A stretch of 64,000 nucleotides of DNA from Octopus sinensis (lineage: Eukaryota). Positions 13,090-25,434 of this stretch are shown one piece after another. The stretch is from the NCBI RefSeq assembly GCF_006345805.1, contig NC_043000.1:158410001-158474000 (forward strand), given 5' to 3'. Every line of letters starts with the position of its first letter. Position 1 is the first letter of the stretch. The translations under genes were made by a program, and so were the position numbers. The notes below the pieces were generated by a model. The model was not told the origin of the DNA. It saw nothing but the letters and a program-made list of their open reading frames with translations, and did no database searches.

Positions 13090-15810
13090 TGTTGTTGTAA
13101 TAATTGCCTTCCTTAGGGCTCTTTGGAAACATGGGGCCGTAACAATATTTTTCCAACGGACGCAGTTCTGGTGTATCCTCTTCAGCTCGGGTCATGTCAT
13201 TCCGGTTGTCCTCACCTCTGCGTCCACACTCTCGCACCAAGACTGTTTTGGTCGGCTCACTTTTCGTTTCTCCTGTGGGTTCCAATGAAGGGCCTGCTTG
13301 GTGACGTTTCGTGCAGGCTTTCGTAGCGTGTGGCATATCCAGTCGAATTTTCGTTTCTTGATATCTGTCTCGATTGGGGCTTGTTTTGTCCAGTCCCATA
13401 GTTGTTCACTGGGGACGGCCGCTGGTCACTTGATTCTAAGCATGTTTCTAAGACATCTGTTAGTGAACGTCTGGGGCTTGCGGATGTTAACCTTGCTCAC
13501 TCTGCATGTTTCTGAGCCATAAAGTAGAACTGACACAAAATTTGTTTTGAAGATCCGGATCTTGATGTGGAGTGAGAGGGTTGTTGATCTCCAGATTAGT
13601 CGCAAAGTGTTGAAGGCGTGACAGGATTAATCTATTCGGCATTTAATGTCTTCATATCTCTCGCCATCTTTGCTGAATACGCTGCTCAGGTAAACGAAAC
13701 TGTCGACATCCTTGATATCTACCTGATGTAGTTGCACTGGATCTTGCTGTCTGTTGTTCCCTCTCATGGCCTCTGTCTTCTTAATGTTGAACTGGAGGCC
13801 AGCCCTTCCGCATCTTCTGTAACACGACATAGCTTCTCCTATGCATGTTGCTGCTTGTGGTGGAGAAGACTGATATCGTCCGCGTAGTCTAGGTCTTCCA
13901 ACTGTTTATCGAGGGTCCGCCGGATGCCTGTCCTCTTGCTTGCTGTGGCTTTTCTCATGATCCAGTCAACCACCATCAAGAAGATCGTCGGAGAAAGCAA
14001 ACAACCTTGTTGGACGCTTGGTTGCACATTGAAAGGTTCCGCCAGTTCCCGCTGTGGATGACTCGAAAGGTGGCATCTTCATATAGCTGTTGTATGACGG
14101 TGAGGAACTTTTGTAGGAAGCCGCAATGGTACATAAGTCTCCAGATGACATCTCTGTTGACGCTATCAAAGGTCTTCAGAAAGTCGAAACAGACTGTGTA
14201 TAGGGAAGTCTGCCACTCTAAGGGCTGCTCGAGGATAATCCACCCTGTCTGTGCAGGATCTCTCTTGACGGAAGCCTGCTTGTTCATCGCGAAGTGTCTT
14301 GTTCAAGGCGGTCTTCAATCTCTCGAAAATAATTTTCGTTACTACTTTCCCTGGGATGGATAGCAGCATGAGTCTCCTCCAGTTATTTCAGGATGACAGG
14401 TCCCGTTTCTGAGGCAGCTTAAGCCAGGTGTCCTTTATTCCAGTCTTCTGGAACTTTCTTCTGTTCATAGATCTTCTTCAAAGAGGGTGCAGCATCAATG
14501 CTTCAGGTGGTAACGCATCGGGACCTGGTGCCTTTCTCGACTTAAGGGACTTCATGGCTTTGGTGATCTCAGTCTTGGTTGGGTTGACGTTGATGTCTGG
14601 GAGCTCGGTCGGTTGTGGGATGTCTGGAAGGAATGATGGTGCAGGTCTGTTTTGTGTTTGCTTAAAGTGCTCTTCCCATCGTGCTCTCTGTTCTTCTTCG
14701 CCTGGGGTAATGTTTCCACTCTTGTCATTGATTGGACGGCTGCGGTTGCTCGCTTTTCCAGAGTGTGTTCTGGTGATCTCTGGAAATTGTGAAAGTGCAC
14801 TGAAGATATTCCTCAGTTCAATCTTATATCGTTCTGTTATTTCTTTCTCTGTCAGGCTACGTACGTTGTACCTGTGTGATGATCTTCCTGCCCGGTCGTT
14901 GTAGGCTTTCAGATGGAAATCGGATGTTGCGTCAACTCCACGCTTCACCCTGACGTCATTCAGGCTTCTTCACTTTCTGTCAATGGTAATGTGGTCATTC
15001 TGGTTCTCAGTCTTATCATCAGGGGGAATCTATTTTGTCTCGTGGATTTTCTTGGGCGGAAAGACAGTACCTCCTATGAGAAGGTCCTTGAAGGAGCAAA
15101 ATCCTGTAAAAATTTCTCCATTTTCATTTCATTCTCCGATGCCGTGCCTGCCCATGTAACGTTCTCTATCTTTGCTGTCTGTTCCCACTTTTGCATTCAA
15201 GTCTCGCATAAGTATCTTCAGGTCTCCCTTCAGTGTTTTATCCATGACCATTTGGAGTTGCTCATAGAACTCTTCTTTGTCCACTATAATTGCTGCATTT
15301 GTGGGTGCATAGCACTGTAAGATGGTAACTTTCCTACCGTTTGAATTGAAGTTTGCAGTCATGATCCTTGGTGACGCTGGTTCCCAGGACAGCATTGATC
15401 GTGTTGCTTCAGGTGTCAACATCAACACTACTCCGTGCGAGTGCTACTGGCATTTTTCCTCTTCAGAGTAGTCACCCCTTGTGAGCCTTGTAAATCCTGT
15501 TCCCGTCCTTCTTGTCTCGCACACTCCAAGAATATTCAGATTATAAATGTTCATCTCCCTACACACGTGTACACCTTTTTTTTTGCCTCATATAGGTATG
15601 TTTTTTTTCTTTTTACTAGAGCGGGTTTTTAGTCCAATGCTAAACCTCCAACCTAGAAGACTAGTTGAGTACTATTCGACCGATCTCTACCCTTTGACCT
15701 GTCTGGCTTGACTGACCTTATCAAGAGACAAATCTCCCGCTACGCTAGCACAGCTATCATAGACATGGAGACACACAAGCCCCCATACCAACGACAAGGT
15801 TGTACTCATC
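13090..15810 (-). mobile_element. RTE-clade LINE, decayed (APE endonuclease plus RT, with 5' region)
   Basis: APE motifs are ILQCYAPTN and DLNAKVG. RT motifs are LRDEQAGFRQERSC, QQGCLLSPTIF and LEDLDYADDISLL. The C-terminal region resembles RTE ORFs. There are many frameshifts and deletions. An RTE-like 5' region lies at about 15640-15810. Confidence 0.9.
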
Positions 15811-16539
15811 TGCAAGGTTTAATGAGTTGCTTCGACATAAATCAGATTTTGGATGTTGGTAGCTGTTAAAAAGAGAGATAAAAATGTAAGAGTAAGGTGC
15901 TGTAAGATAGAGAGATCGGCAAGAAAAACTAGAAGGATAACAAGAGGGTATAGAATATACTATCTAATAATACTATATAATATAAACCACTTTCCCTAAG
16001 GCAATGTTAGAAGTTAATCTTAATTTATGATTAAAATTTATGATTCATTCGTTATATTTACTTGGTTCAATATTAGCTAATTGAATTTCTTGGGTTGCAC
16101 GCAAAGTATCCAAGGCGATTATTCCCCTTGGTAAGTTGAAACCGAACTATAATAGACTAATTAATGAAATACTTGGCAAAGATAAATTTCAAAACAGAAA
16201 AAAACACTGTCAGTGAAGCAGAAAATTTCAGTTTATGAAAAAATAAAATATGAACAGAAATACTGGTTAGTAAACGTATTGAATTGAGTTATTTCACGTA
16301 GAATTATTTTATCTAACTCGGTCATAAAAATCTGAAAACATACTCTTATTTATGTTCATAGTTACTTGAGCAGTGACAACTAGCATGTGTGCTTTTGAAT
16401 TATAACGAAACTGATATCTAAACTGGATTTCACCAAAAAGATCTTTATATAAAAGAGCGGTATTTTATTGATTTATACGTTTTACTTGCACTTATAAGAT
16501 CCAACAATACATACATGTATACATGCATGCATACATTTC

Positions 16540-16588
<49 letters not shown>

Positions 16589-16814
16589 ACACATACACAC
16601 ACACGCATACACACATATATGCTCCTAATATGGGAAGATTTTTTTCCATGTTAAAAATACCTTTAAGGGTGAAAATGTATAAACAATTATAACTAAGGGC
16701 AAAAGAAAAAAAAATGTCTATGCCGATACGCAGAGAATAGACTTTAAATCGTCAGTCACCACATGCACTATACAATCTTTATATATATATATATTAAGGA
16801 ATACAGCTTTATTT

Positions 16815-16815
<1 letters not shown>

Positions 16816-16855
<40 letters not shown>

Positions 16856-16856
16856 A

Positions 16857-16888
<32 letters not shown>

Positions 16889-16896
16889 CATCCATC

Positions 16897-16951
<55 letters not shown>

Positions 16952-16968
16952 CATATATATATCCATCC

Positions 16969-17002
<34 letters not shown>
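16816..17002. repeat. (TATC)n / GATA tetranucleotide array, left of the Tx1 insertion
   Basis: Direct reading of the sequence. Confidence 0.95.
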
Positions 17003-17003
17003 A

Positions 17004-20000
17004 CGTCTAGAAGTATTCTTGGGAACGTCTCATCCTTTACTCTTAGTGGGGGATTGGAATGCTACCTTGGACACGCATGTAGACTACGTGGGTAGAGATA
17101 GGAATAGACGGGGATGCAAATGCATCAGAGACCTGCTCAGACGCTTTCAACTGTCTGACAGGTTCCGACTAGACCACCCGAATGCGCCAACGTGGACATG
17201 GAGCAACCGCATCGGGTCGTCGAGATCGTATCTAGATTGGATACTGTGTAGGACAGTAGACAGAGATAGCATAGGATGTCCACAATTCCACATAGTCAGC
17301 TACACAGATCACAAACTTGTGACATGTACGCTAGACTTAGGTAAGACACTTAGGCAGGGTCCCGGATACTGGAAACTAAACGCGTCTTTCCCATCGAGAC
17401 AGGTTTTCAGAGACCGGATTAGCACACTAGTAAAGAGGGTTTGACGGGAGCCATCATCAACAACAAATGGTGGTTTGCCCTCAAGAGAGCAGTAAAAGCA
17501 GAAGCGATTAGGTACAGCAAAGCACTAGCCATAGATAGAAATAGAGTAGAGGGTGAGCTAGTTAAGAAGCTAGAAGAGGCATTTAGAAGCGGCATCGCAT
17601 CCGACGTTTTGGCGGCGAGGTTGGCCCTCGACCAACACTTCAACGCCAAACACGAAGGATGTGCTGTCAGAGCTAGGATGCGTGCTCTAAGGAACGAAGG
17701 TGTTGGAGCCGCGAGAGAGGCCCGGGTGGCAGAGGCGCAACAAGGCAACAAAGCCACCATTCGGTCCATGGTAGATGAACAGGGGCGCGAATTGCTCGAG
17801 CCAAGTAAAATGTGTGAGGCCTTTCAGCAGCATTTTGCCCGACTGTTCGGAACGAGTGGAGGGCAAGAACGTAGGGTGGACTTCAGTGCCTACCTACATA
17901 GCCTACCACGACTCTCGACAAGAAAGGCAGGGTGCTGCGAAGGTGCCATCACGGCGGCGGAAGTGCAGGAAGAGATGGCAGAATGCTCGGGGGACAAATC
18001 ACCGGGTTTGGATGGTCTACCCTACGAGCTTTACAATTGTATGCCAGACTTGTTTGGAGATCTCTTGGTGGCGGTGTACTGCAACTGGCAGCAAAACGGG
18101 AGCATTCCTGGTTTTGTGAGCCGAGGAGCCGTAACACTGCTGAAGAAAGATCTAAACAAGGGAAATGTAATAGATAACTTTAGGCCCATCACTCTGCTTA
18201 ATGCAGACTTGAAAATTTTGGCCAAGGTGCTAGCCAAGAGGTTGGCGCTTGTCATCGAGAAACTGGTCGACAGGGCGCAAACATGCGCCGTGCCAGGCCG
18301 GACGATCCATGACAACCTCCACCTGATGCGCTACATCATAGACAGGGTAGTTAACGAACCTGGCATGGGTGGGGCGCTGATCAATTTGGATCAATCGAAA
18401 GCTTTCGATAGGGTGGACCATCGATAATTGGAGGCGGTCCTCGGAGCGGCTGGCTTCGGTCCCGTCTTCCGCGGCTGGATAGCCGCTTTGTACAGAGGCA
18501 TCCGTTCGGTAATTCGCGTGAATGGACATCTATCGAGACCCTTCGACATCGCACGTTCGGTCCGTCAGGGATGCCCCCTCTCGTCGCTTCTATACGTATT
18601 GACTCTCGAGCCATTATTGCGGAAGCTGGCAACCTTGAGAGGCATCCCGCGAGAACTGGGATGCGGGACGAGCGTGTCTGCATACGCGGACGACGTCACC
18701 GTCATAGTGTCTAGCCACGAGCACATCGAGCAGGTCGGCGAGACACTGAAAAACTACGAAGCGGTGACAGGAGCGAAAATCAACCGGGAAAAGTCAGTGG
18801 GCTTGCGACTAGGCACCTGGAGAAGCAAGCCCATGCCGTCCACCAGCGCCTCCGTCGTGGGACGCTGGACCGTCGGCCCGGTTGAGTTTCTCGGGGTCTG
18901 GTTCGGTCCGGACCTCCAAGTGGAGAAGAACTGGAACGAGATAACGAGTAGGGTGGTCACTCTCGCCCGGCAATGGGCCGAGAGGAAACTGTCCCTAAAA
19001 GGTCGGGCGGAGGTGGCGAACACGTACATCGCGTCCGTCATCTACTACCGCCTGACCGTCGTACCTTGTCCCGACCCTACCATCACCAAACTACAACGCA
19101 GCCTCTTTCGCTTCTTGTGGAAAGGATGCGTCCCGATGGTCAGGCGATCCATTTGCTGTCAACACCCGTTAAAAGGAGGGCTGGGCATGCCGTGGTTAAT
19201 GATGCGCAGACACGCGCTGAGACTGCGACATCTCTGGCTCTATGTAGACGACGGTGAACAGGTGTGGTCGCCGTTTGTGAGGCACGCTTTCCCGCAGCTC
19301 GTCTCCATGACCGAACTGCAGTCGTGGATCAAAAAGAGGCCGAAGAAGGGCGAATGGCACCGCGAGTGTCGCGTTACTCTCAAGCAACTCTGCCGTCCTG
19401 GGTCGACCTTGAGTGACTTCAACACAACCAAAGCATTCTATAGGGGTTTAGTGGAGGGGAGGTACGACGACGAGCTCGGGGCCAACCTGGACGTCGACGA
19501 GGAGTACTTGACCCGCCTGTTCAGGACGACTTTCGGGCCAGGGCCCATGGACAACTTCCAGAGATCCCTGGCCTGGCAGTGCCCGAGAAGCGCTACCCGT
19601 TCGGGATAAGCTCTACAGACACGGCTCGAGAAACACGGGGCCGACCTGCCCGAGATGCGGTCAGAGCGACGAAACCGTTCTGCACGCACTCGTGCAGTGT
19701 CCAACAATTTCCGACCTGTGGGCTTGTGTCGAACAACTGCTGTCACGTGTGGGACGAGTCGGTTTATCAGCTGAGTCTATCGTTAATATTGTCACGCCTC
19801 CCTCCTTCAAACGGGAAGGAAGAGCTATTTTCATCATCCTTGTGGCTATGGCGAAAGAATGTATCTGGTGGACGCGTCTGAAAGGATTGGAGACAAACAC
19901 TTTCCTCTCTGGTCAATCTCTCATCAACTTCTTCAAGTACCACTTGAAAAGGAAAGTGAGAGTAGAGAGGCAAGTTTTGTCTAGCGAATGTTTTAAAAAA

Positions 20001-20066
20001 AGATGGGTGAATGTAGCAAGAATGGCACGTATGAATGACGAAGCCACCTTGAGCATGATCCTATGA
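17004..20066 (+). pseudogene. Tx1 ORF2 (EN-RT-zf) with two frameshifts (~17440, ~19582) and one in-frame TAA (18425-18427)
   Basis: ORF-track segments 17019-17444, 17441-18427, 18428-19609 and 19692-20066 join into one colinear ORF2. The lesions could be real or long-read errors. Confidence 0.85.
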
Positions 20067-20446
20067 ACCCAGAAATTGAAAACAGAGAGTTGCTTATTTG
20101 CAAAAAAAAAAAAAAGAAATATAACATGTGACTCCATTGACCGAGGTTACCGTGGTCTTTTCCGTAGGCTTTTCTTTCCACGGGTAAACCTCACCTGTCC
20201 TCCCCTTTACACTTCATATTGACATTTCTGTGATAACGATCCCTATTGATCAATTTTTTTTTCCTCTCCCCCTTTATTTTAACCCCCCTTTTTTCTCCTC
20301 TTTCTCTCCTTTTACGATCCCTTTTGATCGAAACTCCCCCTTCCTTTCTTTTTTTTTTATTTTTTATTTTTTAAACCTTCAAAAGAAAAGCTCTACCTTG
20401 TAATTTGTTCTATCTGTGTGCAGCCCTGTGTGGCTAATAAAGAAAC
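17004..20446 (+). mobile_element. Tx1/L1-clade non-LTR retrotransposon, 5'-truncated and young
   Basis: APE C-terminal motifs are [15 protein letters not shown] and YTDHKLV. RT motifs are PGLDGLPYELY, FRPITLLNADLK, LDQSKAFDRVDH, VRQGCPLS and AYADDVTV. The C-terminal zinc motif is CPRCGQSDETVLHALVQC. The pyrimidine-rich 3' UTR ends with AATAAA at 20436-20441. Confidence 0.95.
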
Positions 20447-20447
20447 A

Positions 20448-20531
<84 letters not shown>

Positions 20532-20552
20532 CTTCTAGCTAGCTATCTATCC

Positions 20553-20584
<32 letters not shown>

Positions 20585-20604
20585 GTCTATCTATCCATCT
20601 ATCC

Positions 20605-20671
<67 letters not shown>

Positions 20672-20712
20672 CTTCTAGCTATCTATCCATCTATCTGTCT
20701 ATCTATCTACAT
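20447..20712. repeat. (TATC)n array, right of the Tx1 insertion
   Basis: Direct reading. It follows the element's 3' end with no poly(A). Confidence 0.95.
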
Positions 20713-20731
20713 ACCTAAGATCCCAAGAAAA

Positions 20732-21535
20732 GATAGAGTAGAAACTTTACTAAACAGTCAGTCGCCACATCAAAGTGGCTGTTGAATGTTACTTCTAGTT
20801 TAACCCCGGGCAGATTCTACGCCAGCTGATTATCGGTGTTGCTCTACACGTTACATATAAAATATTGTTAGCAGTGGGAGCGGACTACTACCATCCTCTG
20901 GCACGTAACAAGATCGCGAGACTGCCTCCCTTTTGAGCTATTTGGGTCACCTACAATCGCGAGCACTTGTATTCTCATCCTCAGTCGCAAACACCTGGGA
21001 TGCAGGTACTCACGACTCAGGATGGGCCAAATAGCTCGAAACTGAGTCAGTCTCGCGAGACCGATACCTGCTAGAGGGCAGTAGGTGTTCGCTCTCCCTG
21101 CTACCAAACTGGCGGAGAATTTGCCTAGGGTTAAACTAATAGCAACATTCAACTCCTACTTTGATGTGGCGACTGACTTTCCTGTTTAGTATAGTTACTA
21201 CTCTATCACTTATTTAGATTTTACAACTAAGTATTTTGCTTGTTACAAATCTCTGACCGATGGTCACTTTATTTACATTGTATTGTTAGTGGACTCTGAC
21301 CACCGCACGAGCTTGTAGGTGCTCCCGACAGAGGATGAGCCAGATAACTCGAAACTGCGTCAGCTTCGCGATCCTGTTAACTGTTAGAAGTTCATAGGTG
21401 TTCGCTCCCGCTACCAACAATATATTGTATATAAAGTTTGTAGAGTCGCACCGATAACCAGGTTGCGGAGAATCTGCCTGGGGTTAAACTTGTAGTAACA
21501 TTCAACAACCAGTCTGATGTGGCGATTGACTTTAC
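20732..21535. mobile_element. Three ~250-nt hammerhead-bearing repeat units (one inverted, two direct), pLTR/retrozyme-like
   Basis: 20732-20990 is the reverse complement of about 21000-21207. A third direct copy lies at about 21300-21535. Each unit carries a degenerate copy of the consensus TCGCGA-CTGAGGA-T-GAGC CAAATA GCTC-GAAA-CTG agt CAG-TC-TCGCGA. Confidence 0.75.
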
Positions 21536-22637
21536 TATATGCATTATATATATATATATATAATATATATTATATATATATATATATAATTATATATATA
21601 TATATATTATATATATATATATATATAATATAATATATATAGTTAGTTAATTCTCTTAATTCTTTTAAACTTTTAAAATTAATTCTGCTAATACCAGACC
21701 TATCGTAGTGTATTGTGATTGATATATAATATATCAAAAAATATATAATATAATATAGTGTAGTGTATTATAGTTTAGTATAATAATAATATAATTGTTT
21801 AATTTCATTTAAAAACATTATGTATGTATTATAGTTTAGTATAATAATAATATAATAGTTTAATTTCATTTAAAAACAACCCCATTTTTCTTTCCTTTCT
21901 ATTGACCTCTTTGTAACCTGACAATCTATTAATAGTAACATTTATAAAGAAAGAAATAAATTGTTGACCTCAGTTCGAATTTGTTCCAAACAAACTTAGT
22001 CTTTTTTGTTAGTATCAAATTATGCCCATCCCCTTAGCTTCCCCTTTCCTTTCTCTTTGACAGCTTAAATAACAGTAACTGATTAAATTCCTACCCCCTT
22101 CCTCCTCTTTCTATGATTCTTGAAAATTTCATTAACTACCTGAGCCACTACAATATAAGACTGTCATTTTTGCTTCTCATTCGGACTCCCTGATATTTTC
22201 GCATGATTGTACCCTAAATCTCTCCACAAAACTGGATTACGAACTATAAGGACATACACAAATTTTGTAAGTTCAAGACTTTTTCATCGGATCTCCAAAA
22301 AATCGAACTTATCTGTGATTCTTGTAAATTTCAATAACAATCTGTTCCTCTACACGATATGACAGTCACTATGTTTTTACTCAGACTTTCCTCTACATGA
22401 TGTGGCAGTCACTTTGCCTCTTACTCGGATTTTCAGAAATTTTGCATGACTGTATCCGAAAATTTCTTCATACAACTTGATCAAATATTCAATATGAGCT
22501 ATATGTAGACATGCATAAATTCTATAGGTTTAAAACCTTTCATCGGATCTCCATGAATCGAACTTTCTTCAATGCAGTTAACCCTACAACCTCTTTTGTA
22601 TCTACCCCTTTTGATGTTTGGGAATTCTCTGATATTT

Positions 22638-22724
22638 TTTCGGCTGACGAGTACGAGCCATCTGTATTCACTGCATTTTTTGTAGCTTATTAAGATGTCC
22701 TCGTACGAAACGATCGTACCGAGA
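22638..22724 (+). ncRNA. Type I hammerhead ribozyme with intact core
   Basis: Stem I is TTTCGG/CCGAGA and the core CTGACGA is at 22644-22650. Stem II is GTACGAG/CTCGTAC (7 bp) with further internal stems. GAAA is at 22707-22710, stem III is the palindrome ACGATCGT, and the cleavage triplet is GUA (after 22718). Confidence 0.8.
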
Positions 22725-22752
22725 TTTTAATCCATTCTTGTTGCTTTTTTCC

Positions 22753-22848
<96 letters not shown>

Positions 22849-22871
22849 TATGTTGTATGTATGTATGTATA

Positions 22872-22919
<48 letters not shown>

Positions 22920-23534
22920 ATATACACATACATAAATAAATACATACATACATACATACATACATATCCTTAAAAAAGTGTTTTAAGCCCGAAGATATAC
23001 ATATATGAAGGTAGAAATTTAACAAGTATAAATTTAATGCCAGTAAAATTCTGATCTACCGAATGACAGAGAAAGATTTTCCTAATACTAAATAATAAGT
23101 ATACATGAACATGTGTTCGTTTTTGTGCGTGGGTGTATGTAGATGAGTTATGAAAACTTAAAACATAAACCTAAAGACTGCTACGAAGATAGAATGCTTT
23201 TTTAAAAAATACAATCCTGTGGTAAGTTCAAGCAACATTAGAAAAAAAAACTACAAGTAAAAAGAACAATAAGATCCTATTGATATTTCTCCAAAAAGAT
23301 TTATTTCATAGATTAATAGGACACTGTTAGGAAATTAAAATCTGAACAAATTTTATGATGCTAAATTGATGAAATTTCTAACAATTGAAGTTAAATTATT
23401 ATGTGCAATAAAGACACAACGTAATTTATGATGGCAATCAGAATTATTTAGTCACTGATATAAAGTGAAGTGTCCTACAGAATTCGAATGTAACTGGATA
23501 CGCATATAAATATTGTGGTGTATATGTATGTATG

Positions 23535-23595
<61 letters not shown>

Positions 23596-23636
23596 ACATA
23601 TGTATATATATATGTGTGTGTGCGTATACATATACG

Positions 23637-23704
<68 letters not shown>

Positions 23705-23705
23705 G

Positions 23706-23774
<69 letters not shown>

Positions 23775-24178
23775 CATATATACATATATATACACATATA
23801 TTAACACATACACTATATATACAGATAGTCACATACACATTTACATTTGCGTGTATGTTTCATATAATGATTAATTTCTGCAGCAATTGTATCTTTTATA
23901 ATGAGAATTATCTGCTTTATTGACACTAGAATTCCTTTAGGTAAGCAAGTATTTTTTTTTTATTACATATTATATATCAATGCATAACATATATTTTATA
24001 AATTGATATATTGCGAACTAAAATTGTATGAATTCCAATTTGTTGAAACGTTTCATCAATTAGGGATATAGTTAACGAGAATTCGCTACATGAGAAACCA
24101 TAATCTGTATACGCTTTGCGTTGAATTAGCTATTACAAATACCAGATTAATGAAAATATGTATACATGCATATACATG

Positions 24179-24211
<33 letters not shown>

Positions 24212-24234
24212 GAATATTATCTATTCTATATATC

Positions 24235-24265
<31 letters not shown>

Positions 24266-24289
24266 TATATATGAATATATTATATATAT

Positions 24290-24326
<37 letters not shown>

Positions 24327-24379
24327 CTATCTATCTATCTACTATCTATCTCTATCTATCTATCTATCTATCTATATAT

Positions 24380-24411
<32 letters not shown>

Positions 24412-24557
24412 ATATATATATTGTGTGTGTGTGTGCGTGTATGTGTGTGTGTGTGCGTTTGTCTGTCTGTATTCATGTATATATAAATATGTGTGCGTAT
24501 GCGAGTGTATATGCACACGTATATAAATGAAACAGAAAGTATATCGGAAATTGACTG

Positions 24558-24600
<43 letters not shown>

Positions 24601-25058
24601 ATATTTACGACATTCGCTAATTCACTAAGTGCCAACCTAAAACAGTTTCCGATAAAATTTATAATCTATGGTTAAATGTTTGCATCTAAAATATTTTGGT
24701 ACATCTTCCATCAAAATATGAACCATATTCAGAGAATTATGGAATTAAAATTTTTTATAATTAATATACTTACTATGCGTAGCATTTTTGCGCAGCATAT
24801 ACATACATGTACGTATGTATGTATGTATGCATGTATGGATGTATGTATGTATGTATGGATGTATGTATGTATGCTTGTATGCATGTATGTATGTATGTAT
24901 GTATGTATGCATGTATGTATGTATGCATGTATGTATGTATGTATGTATGTATGTTTGTTTGTATGCATGTATGTATGTATGTATGTATACACACATATAC
25001 ATATATTCCTTTACTTCTTTCAGTCATTTAACTACGACCATGCTATATATGTATATAT

Positions 25059-25434
25059 AGGCGTAGGAGTGGCTTTGTGGTAAGTATCTTGCTTACCAAC
25101 CACATGGTTCTGGGTTCAGTCCCAACTGCGTGGCACCTTGGGCAAGTGTCATCTACTATAGCCTCGGGTCGACCAAAGCCTTGTGAGTGGATTTGGTAGA
25201 TGGAAAAACTGTAAGAAGCTCGTCGGATATATGTATATATATATATGTATGTGTATATGTTTGTGTCTCTGTTTGTCCCCCCAGGATCGCTTGACAACCG
25301 ATGTTGGTGTGTTTACGTCCCAGTAAGTTAGCGGTTCGGCATAAGCGACCGATAGATAAAGTCCTGGGGTCGATTTGCTCGACTTAATGCGGTGCTCCAG
25401 CATTTCCACAGTCACATGACTGAATCAAGTAAAA
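25059..25434 (+). mobile_element. tRNA-headed SINE family A (CCTTGGGCAAG motif, internal microsatellite, LINE-like tail)
   Basis: Head AGGCGTAGGAGTGGC...GGTTCAGTCCC, then GCACCTTGGGCAAGTG, an internal (TA)/(TG) tract and the tail CAGTCACATGACTG. Multiple copies occur in the window. Confidence 0.85.

Noticed and set aside
17419-20181. Antisense and alternate-frame ORFs over the Tx1 element
   Set aside because: They are expected shadows of a GC-rich coding sequence and show no independent motifs.
21762-21876. Short tandem duplications (also 12665-12725, 48430-48475, 48990-49130)
   Set aside because: These are ordinary local slippage repeats with no unique spacers, not CRISPR-like arrays.
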